From assembly GCA_964016885.1 (NCBI GenBank), contig OZ024755.1, positions 21,886,001 through 21,950,000 on the forward strand: a stretch of DNA of 64,000 nucleotides. The letters run 5' to 3'. A program made the translations under genes and the position numbers. The DNA is from Eledone cirrhosa. Taxonomy: Eukaryota. Positions 49,601-60,833 of this stretch are shown in pieces. Every line of letters begins with the position of its first letter. Position 1 is the first letter of the stretch. The notes under the pieces were generated by a model, which was not told the DNA's origin, did no database searches, and was given only the letters and a program-made list of their open reading frames with translations.

Positions 49601-50843
49601 AGTCAAAAGGACTTAAAATTAACCTGGCTAAGACCAAAGTTCTAGTTTGTAGGAAAGAAAACAAGGCGGCGGTCCCTTCTGGGAAATGGTCGTGCTCGGT
49701 ATGTAGGAAAGGCGTAGGTAGAAACTCCATCTTATGTCCTAAATGCAAAGTATGGGTGCATAAAAGATGTAGTGGGATCACAGGTAAGCTAACTAAGAAC
49801 ATAGACTTTACATGTGGCCGGTGTTCTGGTGCAATAAGTAGCAGCAAGTGCCCACAAAATACTAGCTCTTTCAATTGCGCAGAGGGTTCTATAGAAATAG
49901 TGGACAGCTTCCGTTACCTGGGCGATAAAATCAGCAGTGGGGGAGGGTGCTCTGAAAGTACTGTAGCTAGAGTCAGAACTGGTTGGAAAAAGTTCAGAGA
50001 GCTTATACCACTATTAGCTGCTAAAGGGTTCTCCCTAAAAATGAAAGGCAGGTTGTACGATGCCTGCATACGAACAGCAATGTTGCATGGTAGTGAGACC
50101 TGGGCATTGTGTGCAGAGGATATACGCAGACTAGAGAGGAACGAAGCTTGCATGCTCCGCTGGATGTGTAACAGTAATATACGTGAACGGCAAAGCATAA
50201 ACGAACTAAGGAAAAAATTAGAGATAAGAGGGATCAGATGTTGTTTACTCGAGAGAAGGCTGCGTTGGTATGGACACGTGATGCGCATGAAAGTCGATAG
50301 CTGTATTACAAAGTGCAGGGCAATAAAGATAGACGGTAGCCACGGAATAGGCAGACCTAGAAAAACATGGGATGAGCTGATAAACTCCGACCTCACACAC
50401 TTACACCTTTCCAAGACAATGTCACTGGACCGTGACCTTTGGCGGTACTCAGTAACAGAGAAGACCCGCCTTGCCAGTAGGCATCTCTAACAAAATACAC
50501 CCCTCCCGCCGCCACCCCCACCCCATCCACACCACCCCGTTCTATGTAAAGTTATGTTGGTGCCGCGCCATCCAGGCCGAAACAAATGAGATCGTGTAGG
50601 TGTCACGACAAAAAAACACACAGTCCACGCTGTAATGTGGCCGTGTAGGCAACACGGTAAAAACCTCCCAGACCCACACTGTAAATGTGGTTGGTGTTAG
50701 GAAGGGCATCCAACTGTAGAAAACCTGCCAGACAGTCCTATGCGAGCAAGACAATCACTCTTGCCTCAAGTGGGACTACCCCCGTCCAAACCCATGCAAG
50801 CGTGGAACACGGACGTTAAACGTTGATGATGATGATGATGATG
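46383..50843 (+). mobile_element. Apparently full-length RTE-clade non-LTR retrotransposon (LINE) in NIPBL intron
   Basis: About 0.8-0.9 kb 5' UTR, single EN-RT ORF, 3' UTR ending in (GAT)n; candidate TSD ATGAAAT at 46376-46382 and 50844-50850. The 5' boundary rests on this short TSD. Confidence 0.88.
47212..50490 (+). CDS. LINE ORF: AP-endonuclease + reverse transcriptase with PHD-like zinc finger, 1092 aa
   Basis: EN motifs GTINVGTL, CIQETRW, SAYAPQ, AGDLNGH, DYIL; RT motifs FVDLEKAFD, GVHQGSVLSPLLF, YADD, FRYLG; RTE-type C-terminus RLRWYGHVMR...GRPRKTW. Track start is TTG; in-frame ATGs at 47236, 47308, 47377. Confidence 0.95.
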   Translation: MPSIYDGWMDGRTDCGILESGRERKIWTPRAKMPKLKSNSPRGRECEHSSLFRPRMANITLSPPAPHHPHPPNATQNFRVGTINVGTLKGRANEVVEMLERKEVDVCCIQETRWRGGSARFIEGKKRCYKLFWVGNDDGLGGVGIMVAEKWADKIIDVNRVNDRIIKIRLVLNRTTVTVISAYAPQSGLPGTIKDRFYETLLLTTSQISDSDYIIIAGDLNGHVGQHCDGYDEIHGGYGFGTRNEEGSRILEYCDANNLTICNTNFKKRDNHLITYRSGEHTSQVDYILTRRRDRVSVVNTKSLPHEECTSQHRLIISDLIVRTRRTRQQKRTILRRKIWKLKDPTARNKFQSILLDAFDSKEEHLESDNIEGQWKFLKANLLLATDEVCGWSRPVGRRRVTWWWNNRVEGSIKAKKQAWKVWRDGGSRVDYQVARREARREVYLARREAEERKFKHVLQRDDQKREVFRIARQCVKENRDIVGEKCVLNDDGILAITDTDKKVAWKCHYERLLNEENKWEKDSLPLIDPIEGPAVLVEGSIISKAIKDMKTGKAAGPSEIVAEMLKASGTVGHTMVTRIVNQVVQNGVVPKDWHSSIIVNCYKGKGDALDRSNYRGIKLIDQVMKVTEKVIAQLIRERIDLDEMQFGFVSGKSTTDALFIVRQLQEKYLAKGKPLYLAFVDLEKAFDRVPRSIIWWALRKLGVDEWLVRAIQAMYKETVSKVRINNEYSEEFSVKVGVHQGSVLSPLLFIIALQAITEEFKTGCPWELLYADDLTLIAESMAELEKKFQTWKHGLESKGLKINLAKTKVLVCRKENKAAVPSGKWSCSVCRKGVGRNSILCPKCKVWVHKRCSGITGKLTKNIDFTCGRCSGAISSSKCPQNTSSFNCAEGSIEIVDSFRYLGDKISSGGGCSESTVARVRTGWKKFRELIPLLAAKGFSLKMKGRLYDACIRTAMLHGSETWALCAEDIRRLERNEACMLRWMCNSNIRERQSINELRKKLEIRGIRCCLLERRLRWYGHVMRMKVDSCITKCRAIKIDGSHGIGRPRKTWDELINSDLTHLHLSKTMSLDRDLWRYSVTEKTRLASRHL

Positions 50844-50909
50844 ATGAAATATACAGCACTTAAATTAATGACAAATTTTGGGGAATTTACTAAAATCATT
50901 AATATTTTC

Positions 50910-52140
50910 TAGAACTAGAGAATAAATTCCAAACCTGGAAGCAGGGACTAGAGAGAAAGGGCCTCAAAGTCAACATGACAAAGACTAAGGTCCTTATAAG
51001 TAGACGAGAAAACAGAACCCAGATCCCCTCAGGGAAATGGCCTTGCTCAGTATGTAGGAAAGGTGTAGGTAGGAACTCTATTCTCTGCCCCAAATGCAAA
51101 CAATGGGTACACAAGAGATGTAGCGGGATCTCAGGAAGCTTAATTAAGAATGTAGGATTCACATGCAGCAGCTGTGCTGAAACAGCAAGCAAACAGCCAC
51201 AGGAAACAAGTACCACCAATCTCTGGGAGGGCCCTGTAGAAACAGTAGACAGCTTCTGCTACCTAGGTGACCGAATTAGCAACGGAGGTGGGTGCTCAGA
51301 AAGTACAATAACTAGGGTAAGAACGGGATGGAAGAAGTTTAGGGAACTACTACCACTGCTAGCTGCAAAAGGCTTCTCCCTCAGAATGAAAGGCAGACTG
51401 TATGATGCGTGTATCCGAACAGCGATGTTGCATGGTAGTGAGACCTGGGCGCTGAAGGTGGAAGACTTACGTAGATTAGAGAGAAACGAAGCCTGCATGC
51501 TCCGATGGATGTGTAACAGTAATATACGTGAACGACAAAGCATAAAGGAATTGAGAGAGAGACTGAGCATAAGAGGAATCAAATGCTGCGTGCAGGAGAG
51601 GCGGTTACGCTGGTATGGACATGTGATGCGTATGAAGGATGACAGCTGCATAAAAAGGTGCAGAGCACTAGAAGTTGATGGAAACCGCGGAGTGGGGAGA
51701 CCCAAGATGACTTGGGATGAGGTGATAAAAGCCGACCTTACCCAACTACACCTCTCAAAGTCAATGACACACGACCGTGACTTCTGGCGTCACGCAGTAA
51801 TACAGGGTACCCGACCTCCCATGGGTACATGCTGAAGCATATAAACAATATGCCCCCCCGCCCCCACCGCAAGGTGGTCGTGGAGGTGCCACGGCAAAAA
51901 AGCACCCAGCCCACACTGTAAAGTGGACGTGTAGGCGCCACGAAAAAGCACCCAGCACTCACTGTAAATGAGGTTGGTGTTAGGAAGGGCATCCAGCTGT
52001 AGAAATCAAGCCAGATCAGTTCCTGTATGAGCAAGGCATGGTCAGCCGACCAGACACTGCCCACAACAGGACAACCCGTCTAACCCATGCTAGCGTGGAA
52101 GAACGGACGTAAAACGGTGATGATGATGATGATGATGATG
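50910..52140 (+). mobile_element. 5'-truncated RTE LINE of a sister subfamily (open 286-aa C-terminal ORF 50975-51835)
   Basis: Homologous to 49560-50843; (GAT)n tail; TSD ATTTTC at 50904-50909 and 52141-52146. Confidence 0.92.
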
Positions 52141-52305
52141 ATTTTCATTATATAGATGGTTTTTGTAACATTAACTTAACCAAAGGTTTTTATATCAAGT
52201 AATATTGAAGGTTTAAAATGGGTGGTTTTGGACGGGATAGTATCATAGGGGTTAAATTATACACTGTTAGTTTTTTTAAATTAATAACATGTTATTGTTT
52301 TACAG

Positions 52306-52404
52306 ATCTTGCGGGTACTTAGTGAAACAGCTGTTGCTGTGAGAACAAAGGCTATGAAATGCTTATCTGCTGTTGTTGAAGCTGACCCAAGTATCTTAGC
52401 ACGG
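52306..52404 (+). CDS. NIPBL: NIPBL HEAT exon (ILRVLSETAVAVRTKAMKCLSAVVEADPSILAR)
   Basis: Highly conserved; phase 0 to 0. Confidence 0.97.
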
Positions 52405-53212
52405 GTAAACATTTATTTTTCACATTGTTTTTTTTTTGTTTTTTTTTTACCCCCACAGTGCTGGTACCACAATAAAGCAATCCCAGTCCAACTCGTAAAG
52501 TAATAGTGTTAGTGCCACAATAAAATGTGGACATTCCATACTCTAAAGTGAGTGGTATTGCTGGTGCTACAAAAAACATAAAAACAACAACAATAAAAAA
52601 ACAAAACAACAACAACAACACACACACACATTAAATACATCCTATTGGATGGCTGGTGTTAGGAAGGGTATCCATATATAGAAACCATACCATGTATGAG
52701 TGAAGTATTTTCAGGTTTTATACTGTCTTAAGTTCAAATTTAATAATTTTGATAGATAAAGTTTGACATGAGCTTGATGTTAATCTTGCTTCAGTGCTGA
52801 CTCAGAGAGAGATGATGAATAATTCAGTTCAACTATTTTATGGTAGTCTCTCAGTGAAGGGAGAGAAACCAAACTATTTCTTGTGACTGACACAGAGGCT
52901 TCTTTGCTGGGTTGTTGTGACTTGAAATTTTTTTGTTCAATCCTGCCCTAGTTTCTATAATGTTCTTCTGATAAAAATTTAAATTGACAAAATTTAAATT
53001 GACATAAACGATGACACTTGTTATGCCACAGAATTTGTAACTTTTCTAATCTGGTTGCTATACCAAAAATAGGCAGTTATCTCTGAATTAGAAGAAACAT
53101 TCAAAATGTTGACTCATAATACATTTCCTTTTTTTTTCTGTGTCTTGATCATCTGCCTTTATTTTGTAATATGTTAATATTGGAATATTTATTCAAATGC
53201 TTTAATTTTCAG

Positions 53213-53359
53213 GATGATATGCAACGAGGTGTCCATGGCAGATTTCTTGATCAATCAACATCAGTACGTGAAGCAGCAGTAGAGCTAGTGGGTAAATTTA
53301 TTTTGATCCGTCCAGAACTCATCCCTAAGTACTATGATATGTTATGTGACAGAATATTG
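53213..53359 (+). CDS. NIPBL: NIPBL HEAT exon (DMQRGVHGRFLDQSTSVREAAVELVGKF...)
   Basis: Highly conserved; phase 0 to 0. Confidence 0.97.
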
Positions 53360-53393
53360 GTGAGTTTCTTTTACTTTAATATGTACCATGCAT

Positions 53394-53439
<46 letters not shown>

Positions 53440-53574
53440 CTGTCTTTCTGTATATTTTACGTTAAGAATATCTCATATTTTTCATCCATAACTACATAAA
53501 CACATTGAGCTTTATATCAAACTATTTAGTAGTCACACACTCTCCTATATAGTATATAGTATTTTAGATAAGCT

Positions 53575-53900
53575 CATGCATGGCTTTGTGGTTAACAACC
53601 ACATGGTTTGGGTTTCAGTCCCACTGTGTGACACCTTGGGCAAGTGTCTCCTGCATTATCCCCCAAGTTGACTGTGAGTGAGATTTGGTAGAGGGAAACC
53701 CATCATGTGTGTGTGTGTGTGTGTTTTAATGTTTATTGTTTATTGTTTGTTTCAGTCATGTAACTTAGAGGTTATAAGAGAGAGAGAGAGAGAGAGAGGG
53801 GTTGATAAAATAAGAAAAAAAATAAGTGCTGTATTTGATGTAATGAAGTAAATCCCCTTAAGTTGCTATCCCAGCATAGTCACATCTAATGATTGAAACC
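53575..53900 (+). mobile_element. CORE-like SINE relics with internal microsatellites
   Basis: GTGTGACACCTTGGGCAAGTGTCT motif after a tRNA-like head. Confidence 0.6.
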
Positions 53901-54020
53901 AGTAAAATAATAAAAGAATATTTCAGTATATCCATAATAGATTTGTGATAGCCAAATAAGAAAATATAAATTTTATGTTAATATAATTATATTAAAACTA
54001 TGATATATCTTTTGTTTCAG

Positions 54021-54155
54021 GATACTGGTATTAGTGTACGCAAAAGAGTAATTAAAATTTTCAAAGATATATGTTTGGAACAACCAGATTTTAATAAAAT
54101 TCCTGAAATGTGTGTGAAGATGATACGTAGGGTAAATGATGAAGAAGGAATAAAG
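54021..54155 (+). CDS. NIPBL: NIPBL HEAT exon (DTGISVRKRVIKIFKDIC...MIRRVNDEEGIK)
   Basis: Highly conserved; phase 0 to 0. Confidence 0.97.
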
Positions 54156-54842
54156 GTAATGGCTTCATAAATTCTTTTGTATTTTTTTCTTTGAGGGGGG
54201 GGGGGGGTATAGTGGGGAGATAACTGTGATACATAAATTTTATTTTTGGTTTAGTTGATATCTTTTTCTGAGATTAACTAGTCATAGTTAATCTGATATT
54301 GAGTTCAACAATGAATAAAAATGAGTTTAGAATATACCTTGCTAAAAGAAGGGCAAGATCTTGTGGTTAGGGTGTTGGATTTAGTTGCCAAGTTTACTGA
54401 CATTGTGAATTTTGATATTAGATAGCGGATTTAGATGGGAAGATACAGTTTCACTAAATCTGAGGTTAGTGTTGTGTTTATAGTAAGACACATGTATTGA
54501 AATAATCTCCTATGATGATGTTGAGAAATGAAACAAAGTGGTGCCTGAAATTATATTCAAGTCTAGAAATAAGAACTGAAAAACCTTGAAAGAGATGGAT
54601 AGTTTCATTGTTGAATATTTTAGAGATTGAAGGAGATATTTATCAAGATGTAAAACTTGAATCAGTATTATTATATACCATACCTTGGGTTTGATAAGAG
54701 AAGATAAACATGTAGTAAATTTTCAGTTTTTGTAATTTATTAAGATAGAATGTAAAATACTAATGAGCTTTATTGATAATTTAAAAAAAATCTACATTCA
54801 TGATTATTAATGAAATACTTTAAAATTTGTTTTGATGAACAG

Positions 54843-54944
54843 AAGCTAGTAAGTGATGTGTTCCAAACAATGTGGTTTACTCCCTGCAGAGAAAAAGAAT
54901 CTGATGATAAACTTTTACGGCGAGTTGTGAATATTACTGAAGTG
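54843..54944 (+). CDS. NIPBL: NIPBL exon (KLVSDVFQTMWFTP...VNITEV)
   Basis: Conserved WFTP; CAGAAG tandem acceptor; phase 0 to 0. Confidence 0.95.
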
Positions 54945-55526
54945 GTAAGTTTCTACTGAAGTTTATTGAAGTCAAAATGATATATTTCTGTAGTGGTTAA
55001 GACCCTCATCTGGGACACAACCTGCAGTGATACTGTCTCCAACTGCAAACTGGTGAATTCGGCATCAGATTCAGGTTCTGTTGCTTGACAAGCTGAAGAT
55101 TGCAAGTTGGTCATTTTATGATAGGTTTATCATTAAACCTAGATCAGTGTAAGCCTCTAGCAATCTGTGTCTCTGAAACACCACCCTATTTACTGCAATT
55201 AGGACGGAGATGGCTACCTTCAAGAATGTGCTAAGGGAATTGAACTGGCTCTTTCAGCTCATTTCCGTTACTATCATCTAGGACATTGCTTTTACAGTCC
55301 TGTCTTCTGGGGCCATGAGGTAACATCTACTGAAGGTTTTGTACTTCAGAGTGACAGAATGGAGGATCCTGACATTGATTGATTTATGCTGTTACTGTTA
55401 GTCACAACACACACACACACAACTACACTCTTTCTCTCACTCCTCCTCTCTCTCTCAATACAGTACATTACTCTATTGGCTACAATACTGTATTTATTAT
55501 GAAATAAATTCTGTTTTAATTTTTAG

Positions 55527-55580
55527 GTTGCAGCATGCAAAGATTCTGGTAATGAATTCTTTGAACAAATGTTGGAAAAT
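55527..55580 (+). CDS. NIPBL: NIPBL exon (VAACKDSGNEFFEQMLEN)
   Basis: Resembles VAACRDTGYDWFEQLLQN; phase 0 to 0. Confidence 0.94.
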
Positions 55581-56482
55581 GTGAGTAGTAATCATATAAT
55601 AATAATAACAATATATTTGAAATGTCATTTTGTTTTTATTAAATATATTATTTTGATAATGTCATCTAAGTCCCTAAAATATCAGCTACACCATTATTGA
55701 TAGGGCTCTCATGTCACCAACAATCAGAACTGAATTATTTTGTGGCTTTTAATCAATTGAATGAATCAACAAGATTCCAGACCTCATTCTCTTACCAAGT
55801 GGGGTGGAACTTGTCAAATCAGACCAAGGGAACAATGTTTCCAGTGGTTTTTCCAACTGCTGATACTATCTACAAGTTGCAACTCCTGGGAGAAAGAGCA
55901 GTGTGAAATATAGTGCCTTGCTCAACGCATCACCTGGTCCAGAAATCGAACTCACAACCTCACAATTACGAATCCAATTATCTAACCACTAAACCATACA
56001 CCTTCACATGTCGTTTAAAAGGAAACTTAATCTTTGGACCTGTATTGCCATCACAATAGACTCTAGTGTAGTTGATTATGATGTGTAGAAAAGTGTTTGC
56101 TTTGATTGTCATGACAGTATATCATCAGTTGGTCCCAAGGTAAATCACTTGTGTTATAGAAAGAAAGAAAATACAAAGGTTTTAAGTTAAATACATCAAG
56201 TTATGAATGTGTTAAAAAGATTTTCAAACTGTTAGTTTAGAACTTGTTTCTATTATAAATTTCTTACAGGAAGAATATTTTGTTAAAACAAAATGTTGTC
56301 ACATAAGTTAACGTAGGGTTGTTGTTTTTGTTTAGCCCCAGGTCTGCCTGGATCAAGTATGCTTATGACCAAAGTCATTTCGGCCATGACCATCCCATCA
56401 TTTTAGCATTTGTCTATTCCTTTCCCATGTTGGCAAGGTGTGAGGGACCATGTAGAGGCAACATTGTGTCTGTGGTAGTAGT

Positions 56483-58310
56483 ATCATCATCATCGTTTAA
56501 CGTCCATCTTCCACGCTAGCATGGGTTAGACGGGAGTTGTCCCAATTTGAGGCAAGGTTGGTCGGGTGACCGTGTCACTCTCATATAGCACTATCTGGCA
56601 GGTTTGCTACGGCTGGATGTCCTTCCTAACACCAACCACATTTACAGTGTGGACTGGGAACTTTTTACCGAGTTACCTACACGGCCACATTACAGCGTGG
56701 ACTGTGTGTTTTTTGTCGTGACACCTACACAATCTCGATTTCAGTTTCTCATTTATTTGGACTGGATGTTGTGGTACCAGCTTTACAGAGAGAGGTTGGT
56801 GGGAGGATGGGGTAGTGGATTGGGTGTATATTTGGTTAAGGGATGTCTACTGACTGTAGGTTTTGCTTTGTACTTAGGCAAGGCGGGTCTTCTGTATTAC
56901 TGCGTGGCGCCAAAGATCTCGGTCCAGTGACATTGTCTTAGAGAAGTGCAAGTGTGTAAGGTCGGAATCTATCAAATCGTCCCAGGTTTTTCTGGGTCTA
57001 CCTACTCCGAAACTTCCATCAATTTTGATCGCCCTGCACTTTTTTATACAGCTGTCGTCTTTCATGCGCTTCACGTGACCATACCAACGTAGTCTTCTCT
57101 CAAGTAAACAGCATCTGATCCCTCTTATTCCTAATTTCTCACTTAGTTCATTTATGCTTTGCTGTTCATGTATATTACTATTACACATCCAACGGAGCAT
57201 GCATGCTTCGTTCCTTTTCAGTCTGCGCAGGTCCTCTGCACACAACGCCCATATCTCACTGCCATGTAGCATTGCTGTTCGTATACAGGCATCATACACT
57301 CTGCCTTTCATTTTTAAAGAGAAACCTATTGAGGCCAACAGCGGTATAAGCTCTCTGAACTTTTTCCATCCCCTTATGACTGGCTACTGTACTTTCAGAG
57401 CACCCACCACCATTGCTGATTTTGTCACCCAGGTAATGGAAAGTGTCCACTATTTCTATAGAACCATCTGGGCAATAGAAGGAGCTAGTATCCTGTGGGC
57501 ACTTGCTACTTATTGCACCTGAGCATCGGCCACATATAAAATCTACGTTCTTAGATAGTTTACCTGTGATCCCACTACATCTTTTTGTACCCATAGTTTG
57601 CATTGGGACATAAAATGGAATTTCTACCTACTCCTTTCCTACACACTGAGCATGGCCATTTCCCAGAGGGCACCTGTACCCTATTTTCCTTTCTACAAAC
57701 TAGAACTTTAGTCTTAGACAAGTTAACTTTAAGGCCTTTTGATTCTAGGCCATGCTTCCATGTTTGGAATTTCTTTCTTCTCTAGTTCAGCCATAGATTC
57801 AGCTATGAGAGTTAGATCATCTGCGTATAGGAGTTCCCATCGGCAGCCGGTCTTGAACTCCTCTGTTATAGCCCAAAGGGCAATAATAAATAGGAGGGGA
57901 CTAAGGACAGAACCTTGATGAACACCAACTTTTACACTAAATTCTTCATTATATTCATTGTTAATTCTAACCTTCCTGACTGTTTCTTTATACATGGCTT
58001 GTATAGCTCTCACAAGCCATTCATCTACACCTAGTTTTCTAAGAGCCCACCAGATAGTTTCCCCTATCTAGAGCATTACCTTTACCCTTGTAGCAGTTAA
58101 TGATGATCTTTTGGTATGACCCCATTCTGTATTACTTGGTTTACTATACGGGTGACCATAGTATGTCCCACCATTCCAGATGCTTTCAACACCTCAGCAA
58201 CTATCTCTAAAGGCCCAGCTGCCTTGCCTGTCTTCATATCTTTGATTGCCTTACTTATTATATACTACCTTTAACTTGCACTGCTGGTCTTTTATTGAAT
58301 CAATTTGGGG
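56483..58310 (-). mobile_element. Truncated, frameshifted RTE LINE, antisense, with internal deletions
   Basis: Minus-strand ORF fragments match the intact ORF (GVHQGSVLSPLLF, YADD, RLRWYGH); (CAT)n tail at about 56483; deletion near 58056. Confidence 0.92.
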
Positions 58311-58806
58311 CAGATAAAGATTTGTATTAAGCACAAAATATTCTCATTTCTTTTGAAAAGATCCATAAATGAAATTATATCATTGAGTGTCTTTAATACT
58401 TTTATTACCATATTTCTAATGAAATACTCTACTGATGTGTTTTAATTAATTTTGAAAATAATTAATAATTTGGTGGAATTTAGTAAATTAACTTTTCCAT
58501 AATTAAGCTGATGTTTGAAACTTTACTTAAAAAGTTCTCAAAATTATGGTCAAAGGTATTTTTAAATTGTAAATATAAGTATGAACATCTTAAAATGGGC
58601 AGTTTTGTATCATAAAAGCATAGACAAGTTAGCATCAAAAGGTTTAATAAGCCCAAACCTGTTATGGCTATAGTTTGGTGGCTGAGCTATTTAGGCTTTT
58701 GTTCTGTTGATATTTCATTAGAAATAGCTTTCATGAAATATGCTTTTTGTTTTCTTTTGTTGAAATTATGCTTATTTAATGTTTTTAATGTGATCGTTTA
58801 TTTCAG

Positions 58807-58918
58807 CTTTTAAAAGAAGATGAAAATGGGAAAATCAATAAAAGTGCACTTCAAGCTTGTCGCCAAATTGTAAATTGCCTTGTTGGTAATGTTTTAACAT
58901 TGGAGGAAAAATCTGTTG
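58807..58918 (+). CDS. NIPBL: NIPBL exon (LLKEDENG...ACRQIVNCLVGNVLTLEE)
   Basis: Conserved; phase 0 to 1. Confidence 0.94.
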
Positions 58919-59599
58919 GTGAGTTTAACTTCAATTCTATTATTTTCATGGTTTCTGTTTGTTTGCTTTTGATAGTTTATCAAACATAATTCTATCTAAA
59001 TCATAAAATATTGACTGTTTCTGACACCCATCCATTTCAAATTAATCTTATTTCTTTTATAAATGAAAGAATTGATTAAAAAAAATATATTTATTTTATT
59101 TTATACAAGATAATGTTTATATAGCAAAGTGGACTCATCAATCTGACTGAGTACATAACAACCACTTTTGTGATGGTGCTGATAAAATGCACGCACTACA
59201 TTCTGTAAAGTGGTTGGTATTATGAAGGGTATCCATCTGTAGAAACCACGCTAAAATATGGAACGTATGTGCATGCTTATCCAACCATGTCATGACAACT
59301 GATCCAACCCATGGGAAATGGATGTTAAAAGATGATGTTGATGATTGTTGTGCTGACATGTCATGCATTAGTTTACAAGTATTTTACAACTTTCTTCAAC
59401 AGTAAAATGATACTAACTTTATCAGTAAGATAAAGTAAAGCAAAATAATCAAACTTATCCAAAGATATGGTGCTACACCAGTAGATGACTTTTAATCCCA
59501 GAGTTTATGTAGACTTGTACCAAACATTTTGTATTTCTAAAATTGAGAAATTTTGCATTTTACATTATATTTTTAAAAACTATTTGATCATTATCATTA

Positions 59600-60016
59600 T
59601 GGTGGATTGGCAGTATTGGTAGAGGGTCGGACGACAGTTACGGCCCTTGCTATTCTGAGTTCAAATCCCGCCAAGGTTAACTTTGCCTTTCATCCTTACG
59701 GGGTCGATAAAATAAAGTACCAGTAATGCACTGGGTAATATTTGGCCTTGTGCCAAAAGTAGAAACAATTATCATTATAATTTCACATTTTTAGTGCAGT
59801 GGATTGGGAGTATCGGTAGAGCATCAGACAACGTTTTGCGGCATATAGTTTCGGCCCTTTACATTCTGAGTTCAAATCCAGCTGATGTTAGCTTTGCCTT
59901 TCATCCTTATGGGATTGGTAAAATAAAGTATCAGTAAACACACTGGGTCGATATAATCAACTTTCCTCTCACCCCAAATTGTTGGGCCTTGTATCTAAAA
60001 CAGGAACAATTATCAT
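59600..60016 (+). mobile_element. Two tandem SINE copies (short form plus long form)
   Basis: Two heads GTGGATTGG and two cores. Confidence 0.87.
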
Positions 60017-60257
60017 TTCACTTGTTAACTACTAAGATTATAGCACAGATTAGGAATAATTAATTTTGTCATTCATTCATTGTGTGTACTTAGACATATG
60101 CATGCACATACGTGTGTATGCATATATTTCAATCAATGTTCTTCCTTGCCCTTCCAAATCTTTTGTCTCCTTCTCCCTGCTCCACCTCCCAATCTTCCTA
60201 TAGAAACTAAATGACCATTCATAACTATTATGGGGCTTACTTTTCTCTACATTACAG

Positions 60258-60391
60258 TGGATGGATCTGAAAATAACAGTGAACATTTAGTGGCTTGTCT
60301 ATCTACATTATACATGTTCAGCAAGATAAGACCCGATTTAACTGTGCAACATGGAACAACCTTGCAGCCTTATCTGGATATCAAGTGCAAT
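60258..60391 (+). CDS. NIPBL: NIPBL exon (LVACLSTLYMFSKIRPDL...LQPYLDIKCN)
   Basis: Conserved; phase 1 to 0. Confidence 0.95.
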
Positions 60392-60622
60392 GTTAGTATT
60401 ATCTAGAATTATGTTTGTTATTTTGATCTCAATATTGTTTTATTTTGTATATTGGTATCATAAGACAGTATTTCCGTATAATGTGTTGTTTGAGAATAAA
60501 ACTATTTTGTAAAGTTAGTTGAATTTCAGAAGTAAAGTTAGTTGAATTTATGTAACACTAGCAGAAATACTATCTTCATGAAACGAACCTAAGTCTATTA
60601 AACCATTTAAAAGAATTAATAA

Positions 60623-60815
60623 TATGAGGGTCAGCTGAAAAGTTCACAGGCTGACAAGATACTCTCATGAAATTACCAAATGAGGGTTATTTTCCAACAT
60701 AGTCCCTGGAAAGAAGTTATTTATAAGAAGAGTTGAAATTAATGCATGCAGGATTTCACAGCTCTAGCATCACTCCTTCATAGTCAGCCTATGAACTTTT
60801 CAACCCACCCTTGGA
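60623..60815. mobile_element. Tc1/mariner-like MITE, second copy
   Basis: GAGGGTCAGCTGAAAAGTTCACAGGCTGAC / GTCAGCCTATGAACTTTTCAACCCACCCT. Confidence 0.8.
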
Positions 60816-60833
60816 TATATTTTTTCTTTTTAT

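Noticed and set aside
47473-50414. Minus-strand ORFs overlapping the LINE ORF (also 51259-51705 and plus-strand 57154-57522)
   Set aside because: Antisense shadows of the RT coding sequence.
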